From assembly GCA_010356995.1 (NCBI GenBank), contig ML996705.1, positions 62,001 through 126,000 on the forward strand: a stretch of DNA of 64,000 nt, written 5' to 3'. Of this stretch, positions 38,323 through 49,900 are shown piece after piece. Numbering within the stretch: position 1 is the first letter of the stretch; each line of letters opens with the position of its first letter. The notes beneath the pieces were generated by a model. That model was not told the DNA's origin, made no database searches, and saw only the letters and a list, made by a program, of their open reading frames with translations. The DNA comes from Trichodelitschia bisporula. Its lineage: Eukaryota. Position numbers and translations under genes: made by a program.

Positions 38323-40498
38323 ATGACACACCCACAAACTGCATTCCAGGGCACGCATACCACCTTCTCAACGGGGTTCCTCGCGAAGAAGCGGTCCGCC
38401 GTATTCAAGAACACCCTCCCATATCAGCTTCACGTGCTCCGCGAAAGGGGCTACTTCGAGGCTTACGACCACAAATGGGAGTTCGACCCCGAGCGCTGGC
38501 CCATTGGCGACGCCCAGTATCATTTGTTCTGGGAGAGCGATATAGCCAAGTGGATTGAAGCGGCGTGCTATTCACTCTATGAGCGGAAGAACGAAGAGCT
38601 TGTGCGCGGGATTGCGGAGCTAGTTGACATGCTGAGAGCGAACCAACATGAAGATGGATATTTGAATCTGCATTACACGCTCATGGAGCCAGGCAAGCGG
38701 TTCACCAACCTACGGGACATGCATGAATTGTAAGTGATCCATATGACCACCGCGCGCAAGACTGAGAGGAAGATACAACGCGGGACACCTGATTGAGGCG
38801 GCAATAGCCCATAAAGAGTACTTCCGGAACTCGGATCTAATGAAGCCAATTCTGAAGTACGTCGACCTTCTCTGCGCAACCTTCGGTCCTGCAGAAGGCC
38901 AGATACGCGGCTACCCAGGGCACCCCGAGATTGAGCTCGCCCTCTGCCGGTTGTTTGAACTGACCAACAACCCAAAACACCTGGCGCTCGCTCGCTTCTT
39001 CCTGACCGAACGCGGTAACCCAGCCGGCGTGGATGGGAAGCACTACTACGACTGGGAGGCAGAGCAGCGCGGTGAGCGGCTCTTCGAGCGGCCGACATAC
39101 TTTCCTACCCGCCGTGCGTACTCGTACCAGCAGGCTCACAAGCCTTTGCTTGAACAGCATACCATCGAGGGACATGCGGTGCGGGCAATGTACCTTTTGG
39201 CTGGTCTTGCCGACGTGGGCCAGACAAGCGGAAATGATGATGAGATAGGTCCATACTGCGACGTCTTAACGAGGCTGTGGAAGAACATGGTGGAGAAAAA
39301 GATGTACTTGACAGGCGGCATCGGGAGTGTCGATCAGTGGGAAGGCTTTGGCATCGACTATTCCCTTCCGCAGTCCAGCGATGAGGGCGGGTGCTATGCC
39401 GAGACCTGTGCCTCGGTGGGGGTGATACTGCTCGCAGAGCGAATGCTACATGTATGTTCGGCTCCCGGGGAAAGGTGATGCTGACAGTGCAGATCGCACA
39501 ATCTGGCAAGTATTCCGACGTCATGGAATTGTGTCTCTACAACACCGTCCTCGGGGGTATGTCCTGCGACGGCTTGCAATTTACCTACACGAACCAATTA
39601 GCCTCCAGTGACGGGGCGCTCTCGGAACGAAAGAAGTGGTTTAACTGCGCTTGCTGTCCGATGAATGTTGCCAGACTGCTGGGCTCACTGGGGGGTTTCA
39701 TCTGGCATGCTTACGTGCACAGCCCTTACGAGGTGTCAATATACATCCACCTCTATGAATCTGCCTCCTTATTCTACTCAGTCGGACTGATGAGAGTTGT
39801 CCAGCTAGAGCAAGAGTCAAACTGGCCTTGGGAAGGAAAGGTCAAGTTCAACTGCAAAATCACAGGGAAAGTCTCCGTCGACATTTACCTCAGGACTCCA
39901 TCCTGGGCTACGGGCTGGACGGTACGAGGCTCACGCATTTTCAGGGGCGTACTAACGAGTACAGGTCACCCCAATGCTCCCCACCATCGTGACAGACCGC
40001 GGATACCTCAAATTGCCTGCAAAGTGGCTGGCGAAGCATTCAGAATTCTGCTTGCATGTTCCGATGCAGCCGCGACTCGTCAGTCCGCATCCCTTTACGA
40101 ACCAAAATGTCGTGGCAATTGCTCGAGGCCCGCTTGTCTACTGCGTCGAAGACTGCGACAACCCGTGGGTCGACGATCATTTCAAGTCGCTGATATTCGA
40201 CGAAGCAGCATGTCTCACTGAAACCAGGAAGGTTGACGAAGTGACCAAGGAGGAGTACGTCGGAATTACTGCTCGGGGTCAGTTTCGGTTCGTTGAAACT
40301 GAGGAGGGTCACCTTCCGGGCCAGGAAATGGCCGAGGTGGTGGTGGAGGAGGAGGAGGAGGAAGAGGAGGAGCGGCCGGCGACGAAAGCTCGCACGACGC
40401 CGGAATCGCCAGTGAAGGAGCTCCACTTTGTCCCATTCTACTTCCGCGCAAACAGGCCGGGAAAGGGCCATATGCGCGTTGGCCTACGCAAGGCATAG
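38323..40498 (+). CDS. Glycoside hydrolase family 127 (beta-L-arabinofuranosidase-like, DUF1680)
   Basis: FWESDIAKWIEA, HELYNAGHLIEA, GHPEIELAL, EGHAVRAMYL, YAETCASVG and CACCPMN (Zn/Cys catalytic motifs). Introns 38730-38772, 39452-39492, 39922-39964. Confidence 0.93.
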
Positions 40499-42257
40499 GT
40501 GTATGCTAACGTAGCTCCCGTCCTCGGCCGCAGAGGCTGAGCACTCGCACACAACCACACAAGCTTCCACTGCGTAACTCGTACCTCAGTCCGTGACATC
40601 GCATGGGAACAACGCTGGAAGCAATATTCTAGCTCAACCGCAAATACACGCAGAGACACGTAGAGACACGCAGACATGCAGACACACAGCAAATGCCGTT
40701 TACGCCTTGGGCAGGCCTCGCCGCCGCACCGCACCACCTCAGCCTCAATCATAACGTCACATGTACTCTGAATGTTTACCATAGTCCATGAGCTTCCATG
40801 CAGTGCTGCAGCACGATCTGCACTGCAGCAACCTGAGGAGCTCAGAGTCCCCGCGGTGTGTGCCGTCCTACGCGCTCAGCGGCACATATTTCTGGCCTCC
40901 GGTGGCATGGTTGCACGACGCTGCCCAGGGGTCCGCCATGTCATCTGGGAGGGATCGGCTCCAGCCGCGCGAGGTCGCGTTCCCGCACTGTGGACCTGGA
41001 TAGCGGGACGGGTTTGTAGGTAAGAATAGAAGCTGGTGACGCGGGGTGGGTTATTGGTATGGGTGCTCAGGACGATCTTTGTGGCGTGTGGATCGGAAGA
41101 CGAGATGCCGATGGGCGATCAAATGGATCGGAGCTACTGTTCCGTTGCGGGTGGAATCCTCTAGTGCCTGCGGCGCTCTGCACGGCATGTGAGGTTCAAC
41201 GTCGTCCGCTGGCGATATATGTGTTGGCCGGGGGGCCGGAGTGCGAGCCAGGTACGACATTGTAGGACATGCAGGGCGACGTAGGTTTAGTGGATTTGCG
41301 GATGCCACGAGGGGTTACACTCGGCCTTGCTAGTGGACGCTGTGAAGGGAAGCTGGGAACTGGTTGGATGTGAGTGTTTTCCTAGTTGGTACGTTGTACG
41401 TCTGTTTGGTTGACATCACCTTAACCTCAACCTCACTCCGCTACTATCACTGCTGAATTTTGATCAATTGCTCGGATTATAATGACGTGAGTTAGCATCA
41501 CCGATGACACAATGGACTGCCACACGCGGGTAAAGCTTCTCATTACGTATTTTCCAGAGCACTCACAGAGTCCTGTCTCACCCCGCCTAGCAACCTGGCC
41601 TGTACGACTACTTCATGCAACGAACACCCCGCGCACAGCATCCCCACAACATAGCTTCACCTACCAACCACTTCCCCAAAGCCACGACCCGCATGCCAAC
41701 CTCCTCGCTTCGTATACCAACGACGCACCCGACATCGTACGTCCGCCTTGCATCCTTACGCCCCCGGCAATAGGGCACCTCCGCTACGCCATTCGCTGCC
41801 GCTCCCCGCTCTGCAGGACCTGCGCCCGGGCAGGCACCGTGCTGCATGAGTGGACGAACTCCTCGCCCAGGTGCTGGAGGAGTGGTGGGAGGGGAGGAGA
41901 CGGGGCCGTAGGGCTCGGGGAGGGTTGCTGGTGCTGTCAGGGCAGAGTTGGAGGGGAGTTCGGGGAGCTGAACGGCCTTACGTTGCGGGCTGCAACCTCA
42001 TGCATGGTTTATTGACATTTGCGACGGTATTGCGGAGAGGGAGGTGGAGTGTCTGCCAACTCAGCGCAGCAGCAGGTATCGACATCATCGGGCATCACTT
42101 CTGCTCCTCCTCCCCCTCGCCAGCACTGCATCCGCAGTGAGAGCAGAAGTCTATATAAACCACTCACCCCTCACTCCAATCCACCCAGCACGCACAGCCA
42201 GCGCACCGCCACAACTACACTCACTCACATTCAAACCACATTCACTCGCTTTTCAAA

Positions 42258-43022
42258 ATGTTCTTCTCAACCACCATCATCGCCCTCCTGGCGTCTTCCG
42301 CCTTCGCCCTCCCCGGCGGCTACGGCGACTCGGGCTCCTCGTCCGGATCCAAGGGCTCCGGCTCGAGCACCGACACTAGCGGCACCGACACCAGCGGGTC
42401 CAGCGCCGGCAGCTCCTGGTCCTACGGCGGCGGCGGCAGCAGCAGCACCACCACCGGCGGCGCCTGCCTGACCGCCCTCTCAACCGGCACCAGCGTAGGC
42501 GCCAGCCCCTCCGTCTTCGTCCAAACCGCCACCATCTACGTGACCGCCACGACCTACACCGCCGTCCTCAGCAGCGCGACTTCCGTCCTGACCCAAACGG
42601 TGCAGTCTACCATCGTCACCTCCTCGCCCGTCGTCGTCACCAACTGGGTGACCAGCAGCTATGTCACCCCCGTCGAGGCGGAGTTCACCACCACCATCGT
42701 CGAGAGCTCGGATGTCCCGGTCGTCACGGCGATTGCTAGTGAGAGCGTTGCAACGGTTACGAGCAATGTGCCGTTTACGACTACGTTTGTGAGCACCGTT
42801 ACGTCGTGTGCGGGTACCGACACTGGGTCCAACACCGGCGGGTGCGGCGCCGGCGGCGCGGGTGGCGCGGGCTGCGGTACTGGGTCCACCGGCTCGGGGT
42901 GCGCGGAGGGCTCCTCGGGCGAGGGGTGCACGGAGGGCTCGGGCGTGCATGCGTCTGGCTCTGGGACGGGTGGCGGCGCGTCGAGCACCGCCTCGGCTGG
43001 GTCTTACGGGTCGGGCTGGTAA
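42258..43022 (+). CDS. Secreted Ser/Thr/Gly-rich cell-wall-type protein
   Basis: Signal peptide MFFSTTIIALLASSAFA, T/V/S-rich core, Gly/Cys-rich tail. TATATAAA at about 42152 and caaaATG context. Confidence 0.85.
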   Translation: MFFSTTIIALLASSAFALPGGYGDSGSSSGSKGSGSSTDTSGTDTSGSSAGSSWSYGGGGSSSTTTGGACLTALSTGTSVGASPSVFVQTATIYVTATTYTAVLSSATSVLTQTVQSTIVTSSPVVVTNWVTSSYVTPVEAEFTTTIVESSDVPVVTAIASESVATVTSNVPFTTTFVSTVTSCAGTDTGSNTGGCGAGGAGGAGCGTGSTGSGCAEGSSGEGCTEGSGVHASGSGTGGGASSTASAGSYGSGW

Positions 43023-44406
43023 ATGGGTGTGTTCGGGGCGAGGTGAGGTGACGGCAAGCTCCGTGCGTGGACGCGAGCGGGTTCGCTTCTTGACTTTCTC
43101 TGATTACATTTTTGACGTGTTGGTTCTTTTTTGATGATGCTGATGATGCTGATGGACGGATGGTGGCACGGCCGCTCCTTAATGGTAGTTTTATGGAGGG
43201 GGATGGGTAAAAATACAAGGTTGTTTTCTTGGATTCTTTGTGGTTGGGTGATGGGGTGTTGTGGCTGTGATGAGCTTCGTGATCAATGTTCGTGGACAAC
43301 CGTGAGGTTGGCCGTCCGTCCTTCCTGTTGGAAGGGCATCTCCAACATTCTCACCTCTAGAACCGGATCAAGATGACAATCTTCACTTTTGGTCGGTTCT
43401 CCCCATTCATATCAAAATGGCCTTGAAGCGTCGGGACGAGGTGAAGGAATTGGCCCGGCTGAGAAGCACGGACTCAGTGTTGTCGTCGACTGCTTAGCTG
43501 CTTGTGAAAGAAGTCGTTGCGCTATCAGACGTCTTCTGATGCCTGGAATAGGGGGCAACGACTTGCTTGGCCGGCGCTGGTACCAACGTCACTTCCTAGC
43601 GCAACGTCAGCTGCTGCTCCTCAACAACACCATGTCCCAAATCTTGCTGCTCCGCCCTCTATTGTCTCCTACCACTGCTGCGAGCTGATGATACGTTCTC
43701 ACCTTCAAGGCTATCCTAGAAGCTAAGATATCTAGCCTTACTAAAGCTTCTAGGAATCACGGCGAGTCGATACCGCTGGAAATATGAGCATCCATCGGAT
43801 GACTCCCCATACATCAGAGCCAAGCACCCGGCGGCCTCAACTATTAGGGATGCTATTGCCTCTTGCCAAGATCCCAGTCAAGATGATGCCCAACCGGGTG
43901 CGTGGCACTTCTCCGACCGGAAAACGTCGCAAGGCAGAAGGTCAGGATCCATGACGATGCGAAGAGTTGGGCATCGGGGTCGGGGAGGGGGTCGAGTGGC
44001 TTTCATCGCGGACAGAGCCGTTAGCTTGACTTCCCAGCAGCGCGATCGAGTATGTTGGGAGCAAAGCGTACCGGAACGTAGGCACTAGCTGATGAATCAA
44101 CCACAGTTCCGTCGTTCAGCAATGAGATATCGTATTCCATGACGTCTGATGGTGTTGCAGAGAACTGGCTCGCCGGAGTTAGCTCCCCGCTGGCTCAGGG
44201 TCCTAGTTCTAGGCTTTCGGTACCGGACATACGAGTGTGCCATCGGAGGACCCAGCAGGTGGAAGCTATAGGAACACCCCGCCTCTCGCTCTTGCTGCAA
44301 GACCAACTTTCACTCTTACCCCAAGCCAGACTCAGCATTCGCAACACTAAGTTTAATCTCAAATACCCGCATCCCACATCCTACACCTCGCTGTTCACAG
44401 AATAGG

Positions 44407-44960
44407 ATGTCCGCATCCGAGGAAGCCGCGATGTCCGAATCAGAGCAAACTACGACACCCGCATCAGAGCATTCCAGTGACGAAGACTCACCGACTCCAA
44501 ACACTGAAGTCCAGGAACGTCCCCACCCAAAGTTATATTTCGTCGACCACGTTCTCCCACCCCTCGAAACGCGCACAAAAGCCCTGCGCCGCGAAATCCG
44601 CGTACGTAGCCCCAGAACCAGCAAGCAGACACTCACATACACGCACAGAGGCTCATGCAAATGCAACGATCCGTGCACGTCCAGATGGCGCGCATGGTCC
44701 GGTCTTCGGAAGACTTGCAGGTTTACATAAGCGAATCGATTGACCAACTGCCCGACGGTACCGACTCGATCGACAGGCCGTACTTCAGGAGAATGCGGGA
44801 GGCGCTGTATGACAAGTTTGACTCTGTTGACACTATGGTCGGCATGCTGGATCAGACAAGCCACCTGCAGAGGGACATCGTGAAGACGGGCACGCGGGTC
44901 ACGCGGGAGATTGTTGAGTGGGTGGAGGACGTCTCGGATAATGTTGTGGAGGAACTTTAA
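44407..44960 (+). CDS. Hypothetical protein (2 exons; acidic N-terminus, helical C-terminus)
   Basis: Intron 44602-44648 (GTACGT...CAG) joins ...LRREIR to RLMQMQRSVHVQ...VVEEL* in frame. Confidence 0.6.
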
Positions 44961-45532
44961 GAGTCGGGGAGGGGCGCGGGGTAGAACGCGGCGGAGAGAC
45001 GAGGGGCGCGGGTGGGGATTGGAGCTTTGCGGGTTGGTGGTACTAGGATTTGTATGTGCATCTGTGCTGGATTTGGATCGTGTTCTTGAGTCGAACTGTA
45101 CTTGGTGACGGCATCACCCCTAATTGTACTCCCCAAAAGGCTCGCTGGTGTAAAACCGCACGTCAGTGACTATGCTCCCTCCATGCCAAAACTAGCAGAT
45201 CCGCTGAGCATCTCGCACGAAGGGAGTGGAAATTTGCCCAGCGGCGACTAGAATCCTCGCCGGCAGCAAGCATGTCCCGAACCTCCATGGGGTTGCGGGA
45301 GTGGAGGCTGGGAAGCCGATGTTTCCGCGTAAATGGGAAGGGAAGGACGGGGCCGATGGGGATCATCCGCGAGACTTGCGAGGGCGTTCAACAGGCAGGA
45401 CCCGAGCTTTGGCCCGCGTGTCGTCCCGAGCCCTTCGGGCCGATGCCGCTCCAGTGATGCCACTCTAGTTCAGGCTGGCCCCCAGGCACCGTTTGGGCCC
45501 GAGGCCACCGTTTCCGAGCCTGTTCCCGGCTC

Positions 45533-46988
45533 TTAAACCACGCCAATCGGCCGCGGCACCCACGCCCCCTCCCAGGCATGCCACCCGGCCTGCTGACGCA
45601 CGGTCTTCATCTTCATAGCAGGGGTATCAACCTGCATCCCGTCTGCCCCATCCGCCTCCTCCTCCTCCTCCTCCTCCTCCTCCTCCGGCTCCTCTACTTC
45701 ATTCTCCGTATCTGCCGCGTACCAGATACTGCCCCACACCTTCCTCACTGCCTTCCGCTTCAGGACCCTGTTCACCAAGCTCGACGGCCAAGAAGCTTCG
45801 CCCACATGCAGCACGCAAGCTTGCAACACCTTGTCGCCAAGGCCATCCCATACATCCCCAGCCGCGAGCCCGCGCCACGCCTTATCGTGGAACAAATGCT
45901 CAATCCACCCCGCCAGCGCCCGCCGCCTCCATGACTCATGGATACCCCGGGGCGGATCGTCCACCTCCAAGGGCGCAAGGAGCACAGCCATAAGCTCCTT
46001 AACAAACACGCTTCGCCGCGCTGCGAGGGCCTGCAGGAGCGGATCCCAGAGTTTAAATGCGCCGTTCATCTGTACCTCGCCCCTATGTGTGTTAGCTGGG
46101 TGTCCAGAAGGGAAAGAAGAGGGAGGACGCACGACCGCGGCAACATCATCTTCTCCCGTATCAGCACCTGCGTAAGCAGTTCCCACATTGTCGCATGCCG
46201 GCCACATATTCGGGAGACCTCACGCACGGTCCGATGCATCGCAGCATCCGACCCAGCTGTCGCGGCGCCCGCCCCGGCCGCCACGGCGCCGAAACCGGCG
46301 TGGGTGGCGGCGCTGGTTTTCACCCGGGCCGTAAGGTCTGCCCTGGCTGCCTGCAACCGGGCCGCAAGATATGCCTTGAGCAAGGTGACCAGCTTCGCCT
46401 CCTCGCCGTCCATTTGCCACTTTTTCCACGCGCAATTTTCAGCCACCCCACCCAGCTTATCCCAGAACTCATCATGCAGCCACTCGACCATCTCCTGCGC
46501 CGTAAGCTCCAGCAGGCGTAGACCCGGCAGGCGCCCATGTGTGATATCGTGTCTTATCTCAACCCACGCGTCGCACACGCCGATGCTGCGCGCAACTTCG
46601 AACATAGACCGCTTGGTGGCAGATGCCTGCGCCAGATCGCAAAGCCCGGTGACAGTGCGGGCGATGGTGGAGGCATAGAGTGTTTGCGCTATGTGCGGGG
46701 GGAGGGCGTTGCCCTCGAGCGGGTACTGGTGCCGTACCAGCACGTCAAAAAGCTGTGCAGTCGAGATCATTGCATGTGGCAGTCGGGTGCGCCGCGCCCA
46801 GGTTAAGACCTGTGGGTTAGAGGGTGTGGTGGTGCTGAGTAAGAGATACTCACTATGGCGATGCCCTGCCTTTGCAGCTCAACATGTTCCGGGTCCGGGC
46901 CTTCGATGCCTTGCGGTGGGTAGAGCATCTCACGCACCTCGAGCAGCTCGGCGGTGTTACGCCAGGCGCGGATGGTGAGTTTGGGCAT
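45533..46988 (-). CDS. LAS1: Las1 pre-rRNA processing endonuclease (HEPN)
   Basis: MPKLTIRAW...LLEVREMLYP, WARRTRLPHAMISTAQL, RTVTGLCD...SMFEVARSIG...WVEIRHDITHGRLP (RxxxxH HEPN motif), C-terminal WVPRPIGVV. Introns 46853-46810 and 46132-46083. Confidence 0.92.
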
Positions 46989-49900
46989 CGCGAGCGGGTG
47001 AGTGGTTGGAGTGCCGGTCGGCCTGGAGAAGTGCTACGCGGATCGAGCCTAGGACCGCAGCGACACAATACGGGCACTCTTTTCTGAAGAAGAGTCCCTA
47101 TAGGCAGAGCTTCAACGGTGGATGAATATGAAGTTTCGAGATTTTATGGGGATACTTGTAGACGACGCGACGTCGGATGGTCTTGAAGATTCGCACCCGA
47201 ACATCGAGAAGTTGGAGGTCGGATGCGCGGCGAATCATACGCCCGAGCTTGGCGGGCGTCCCAAAGTGGTAACTACCACCAACCATTTAATTGTACCGCT
47301 CGCGGTTGACCTCCAAATGCCTAGGTTAGCTGTGGCATCTACTGCAAGCGGTAAGAAGGGCTGATTTTGATGTGCCATGCTGGACTACAATGCCGAAGAA
47401 CGTGACATAGTAAATACCCTCGGTCACCCATTCCATCACCCTCCCCATAATGGGAGCAAGGGCTCATTACGTGCGACAGGGCAATTGTGATAATAGAGAT
47501 TGAAGTGAAGACGAAGGGAAGAAGAGAGTAAGAGGCTCTCGCGACTCAAGTGCACGATGCCAAGTATTCTCCTTTGCTCCTTCCTTCCATCATATTCACA
47601 TTACATCATAGCTCCTTCCCAACATGCAATGCCCCTTCCATGTCTACATCACGCCATAGGACTTAGTATGGGATCTGGCAGGTTTTCATACAGCCAAGAA
47701 TTTCGTCGCACATCTCTCCGGCTTTTACAGAAGCTCAACGCGCTCATCTTGGAGACTTAATGCTGGATCACTGATATTGAGCCTTGTTCAGGCTGTAACG
47801 ACACTCAGCAGTACTTACTAAAGGTGTACAGTACCTAAACGAGCCGAGTCTCGAGAAGAAAATGAATCTCGAATTAGGCCCGACTAGGTCCTTCTCGCAT
47901 AGCAGAAAACCGTACTTGGTATATGGCAAGCAGCCCATGACTGCTGGAGCTGAGAGTCTCAGCCCAGTGACAGTGTCCAGAACCTCATTCCAAGATATAC
48001 GGTCAGTCGGTCGAGGAATGGAGACCAGGCGTCGCTCCTGATTTTCACAATCAGTACCAACGGCCTGGCGAAGACCATCAAGAGTCGGTGAGCCGGCAGG
48101 GACCCGAAGCAGACCGTAAAAAGTCATCTGACCGCTGCCAGCAACGTCCAGCGGAACGACTTTAAGGATATGCCGAAGCATTTTAACGCGGTGGATCCAG
48201 CTCGTCGTGGTTGAGCTCGTTACTCGCGGAGCCGAGAAGCCAACAAGTACTGGCTGTTTACACAACGCGGCAACGTCTTTGGACAAACGCAATATCACCT
48301 GAAATGTGGCAGCAGATGATATGTTCGAGGAGAGATTACCGGCTGGGAGCAGAAGCGGAGTCAAGACGGTTTCTAGTTGCTAGACATCGGTACCACCGTC
48401 ACACCCTTGACGGCGAATGCGGCAGAGGAAGCTCGAGGCAGAGAGTGCGTTTGGACAGGCGACGATTGCAAAGCACATGACGGAGAACTGTGGAAGAGCA
48501 TCGCCAGCTGCGGGCTCAGATCATCAGCCTGCAGCAAGACCAGGTCTCCTCGAACATTCGGCCCATCCGCTTATCACAATAGAAGCCGGAGGACAGGCTG
48601 GTACAAAGATCAGCGGGAGCAATCCAGCAAGCATGGCCGTCCATCCCCATCGCTTATTCGTTGAGTATAGTACCGACAAGGAGCAGGAGGTCCTAACTGA
48701 CGCAGATAAAAACGTAATTGGTCTCCCCGAGGATTTGGCTCTGTCCCGCCTGTCAACGGTTGTTGCGGGTTGCTCTCCAGGCAACAACGCCGTCAAGTCC
48801 CGACCGACGTGAAAGCGGAAATACCGAGGGTAAGTGGAGCAAGATGCCATGGACGTTCATATTGTGACTAGGTGCCGCAGTACTAGGCGTGCTAAGCATC
48901 AGCATCTGTCCGTTTCGCATGGAGCAGTTGAGTACATTGTACCAATATCACCCGAATTTGCGCCGACATTGTCAAGCCGAGACCGACAATCGAACTGCCT
49001 ACTCCGTAAAGCCACCTGTCAACCCGCCGTCAAACACATCGAAATACCCATCACCGTCCATCTCGCCCTCCTAGCTCCAAACAGGCACCTTCCGTCGGAA
49101 TCAACTCCCTCGCTACCAAACTCTTCACCCAAAGTAGGAGCGACCCAGCCCTAACATCCTTTGAGGGAAGTGACAACCCTTCTAGAACCTCGCGTCATCG
49201 GCGGCTCAGCTCCTTTCCCGCCGATACATCTCCCGCACGGACTTGATTCGGGGCGTAGGCTCGGGGCCTCTGTTCCAGGTAAACTCGGCCGCAAATAGCA
49301 CACCTAGGCCCTGCATCGTCTGGCGCCTTCATTCCACACTTTATCTCGCCTCTCGCGTATACTAGTAAATAATCAGACATGAGATCAATGTCTCTCTCGC
49401 TCCACCGCCTGCTAGACTAGCCAGCTGTTATTTGACATACATCCCTCGCCGTCCAAACAAAGTATCCCCACCCCACATCACTCACCGACCCCACCCCACC
49501 CCACCCCACCCGCAGTACCGGCCCCGCACCGACGTCACACGTAACCCCCGCATCGAAAAGGCTCGCGCGGTGCTGCATGTCTAACTCCCGAAATCACGCG
49601 GCCTCGCCGGAACACATTCAGGCAGCGCCAAGTAGTTCTAGTGCCTCCGCGGATCGCTCTCAATATCGGTATCGAAGTTACCCTTCCATCCAACAGCATA
49701 CAAGACCTTCACAAAAAAAAAGCCTACTGTGGCATGCCGCACTGCGGCAACGGCAGCGGTCTCGCCGAGCCCGCGCCACAACTGAAGTATGTGCACAAGC
49801 ATGGCACAATTTTCACAGCCGCGCAGTGTGCAGCAGTACTGCATCGCGAGGTGCTGCATGCAGAAAGCGGGGCTGCCAAGGCGGACCAGGTACGCCTGCG

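Noticed and set aside
45533..46770. Apparent frameshift between two LAS1 ORFs
   Set aside because: Resolved by a canonical intron at 46132-46083; not a pseudogene or programmed frameshift.
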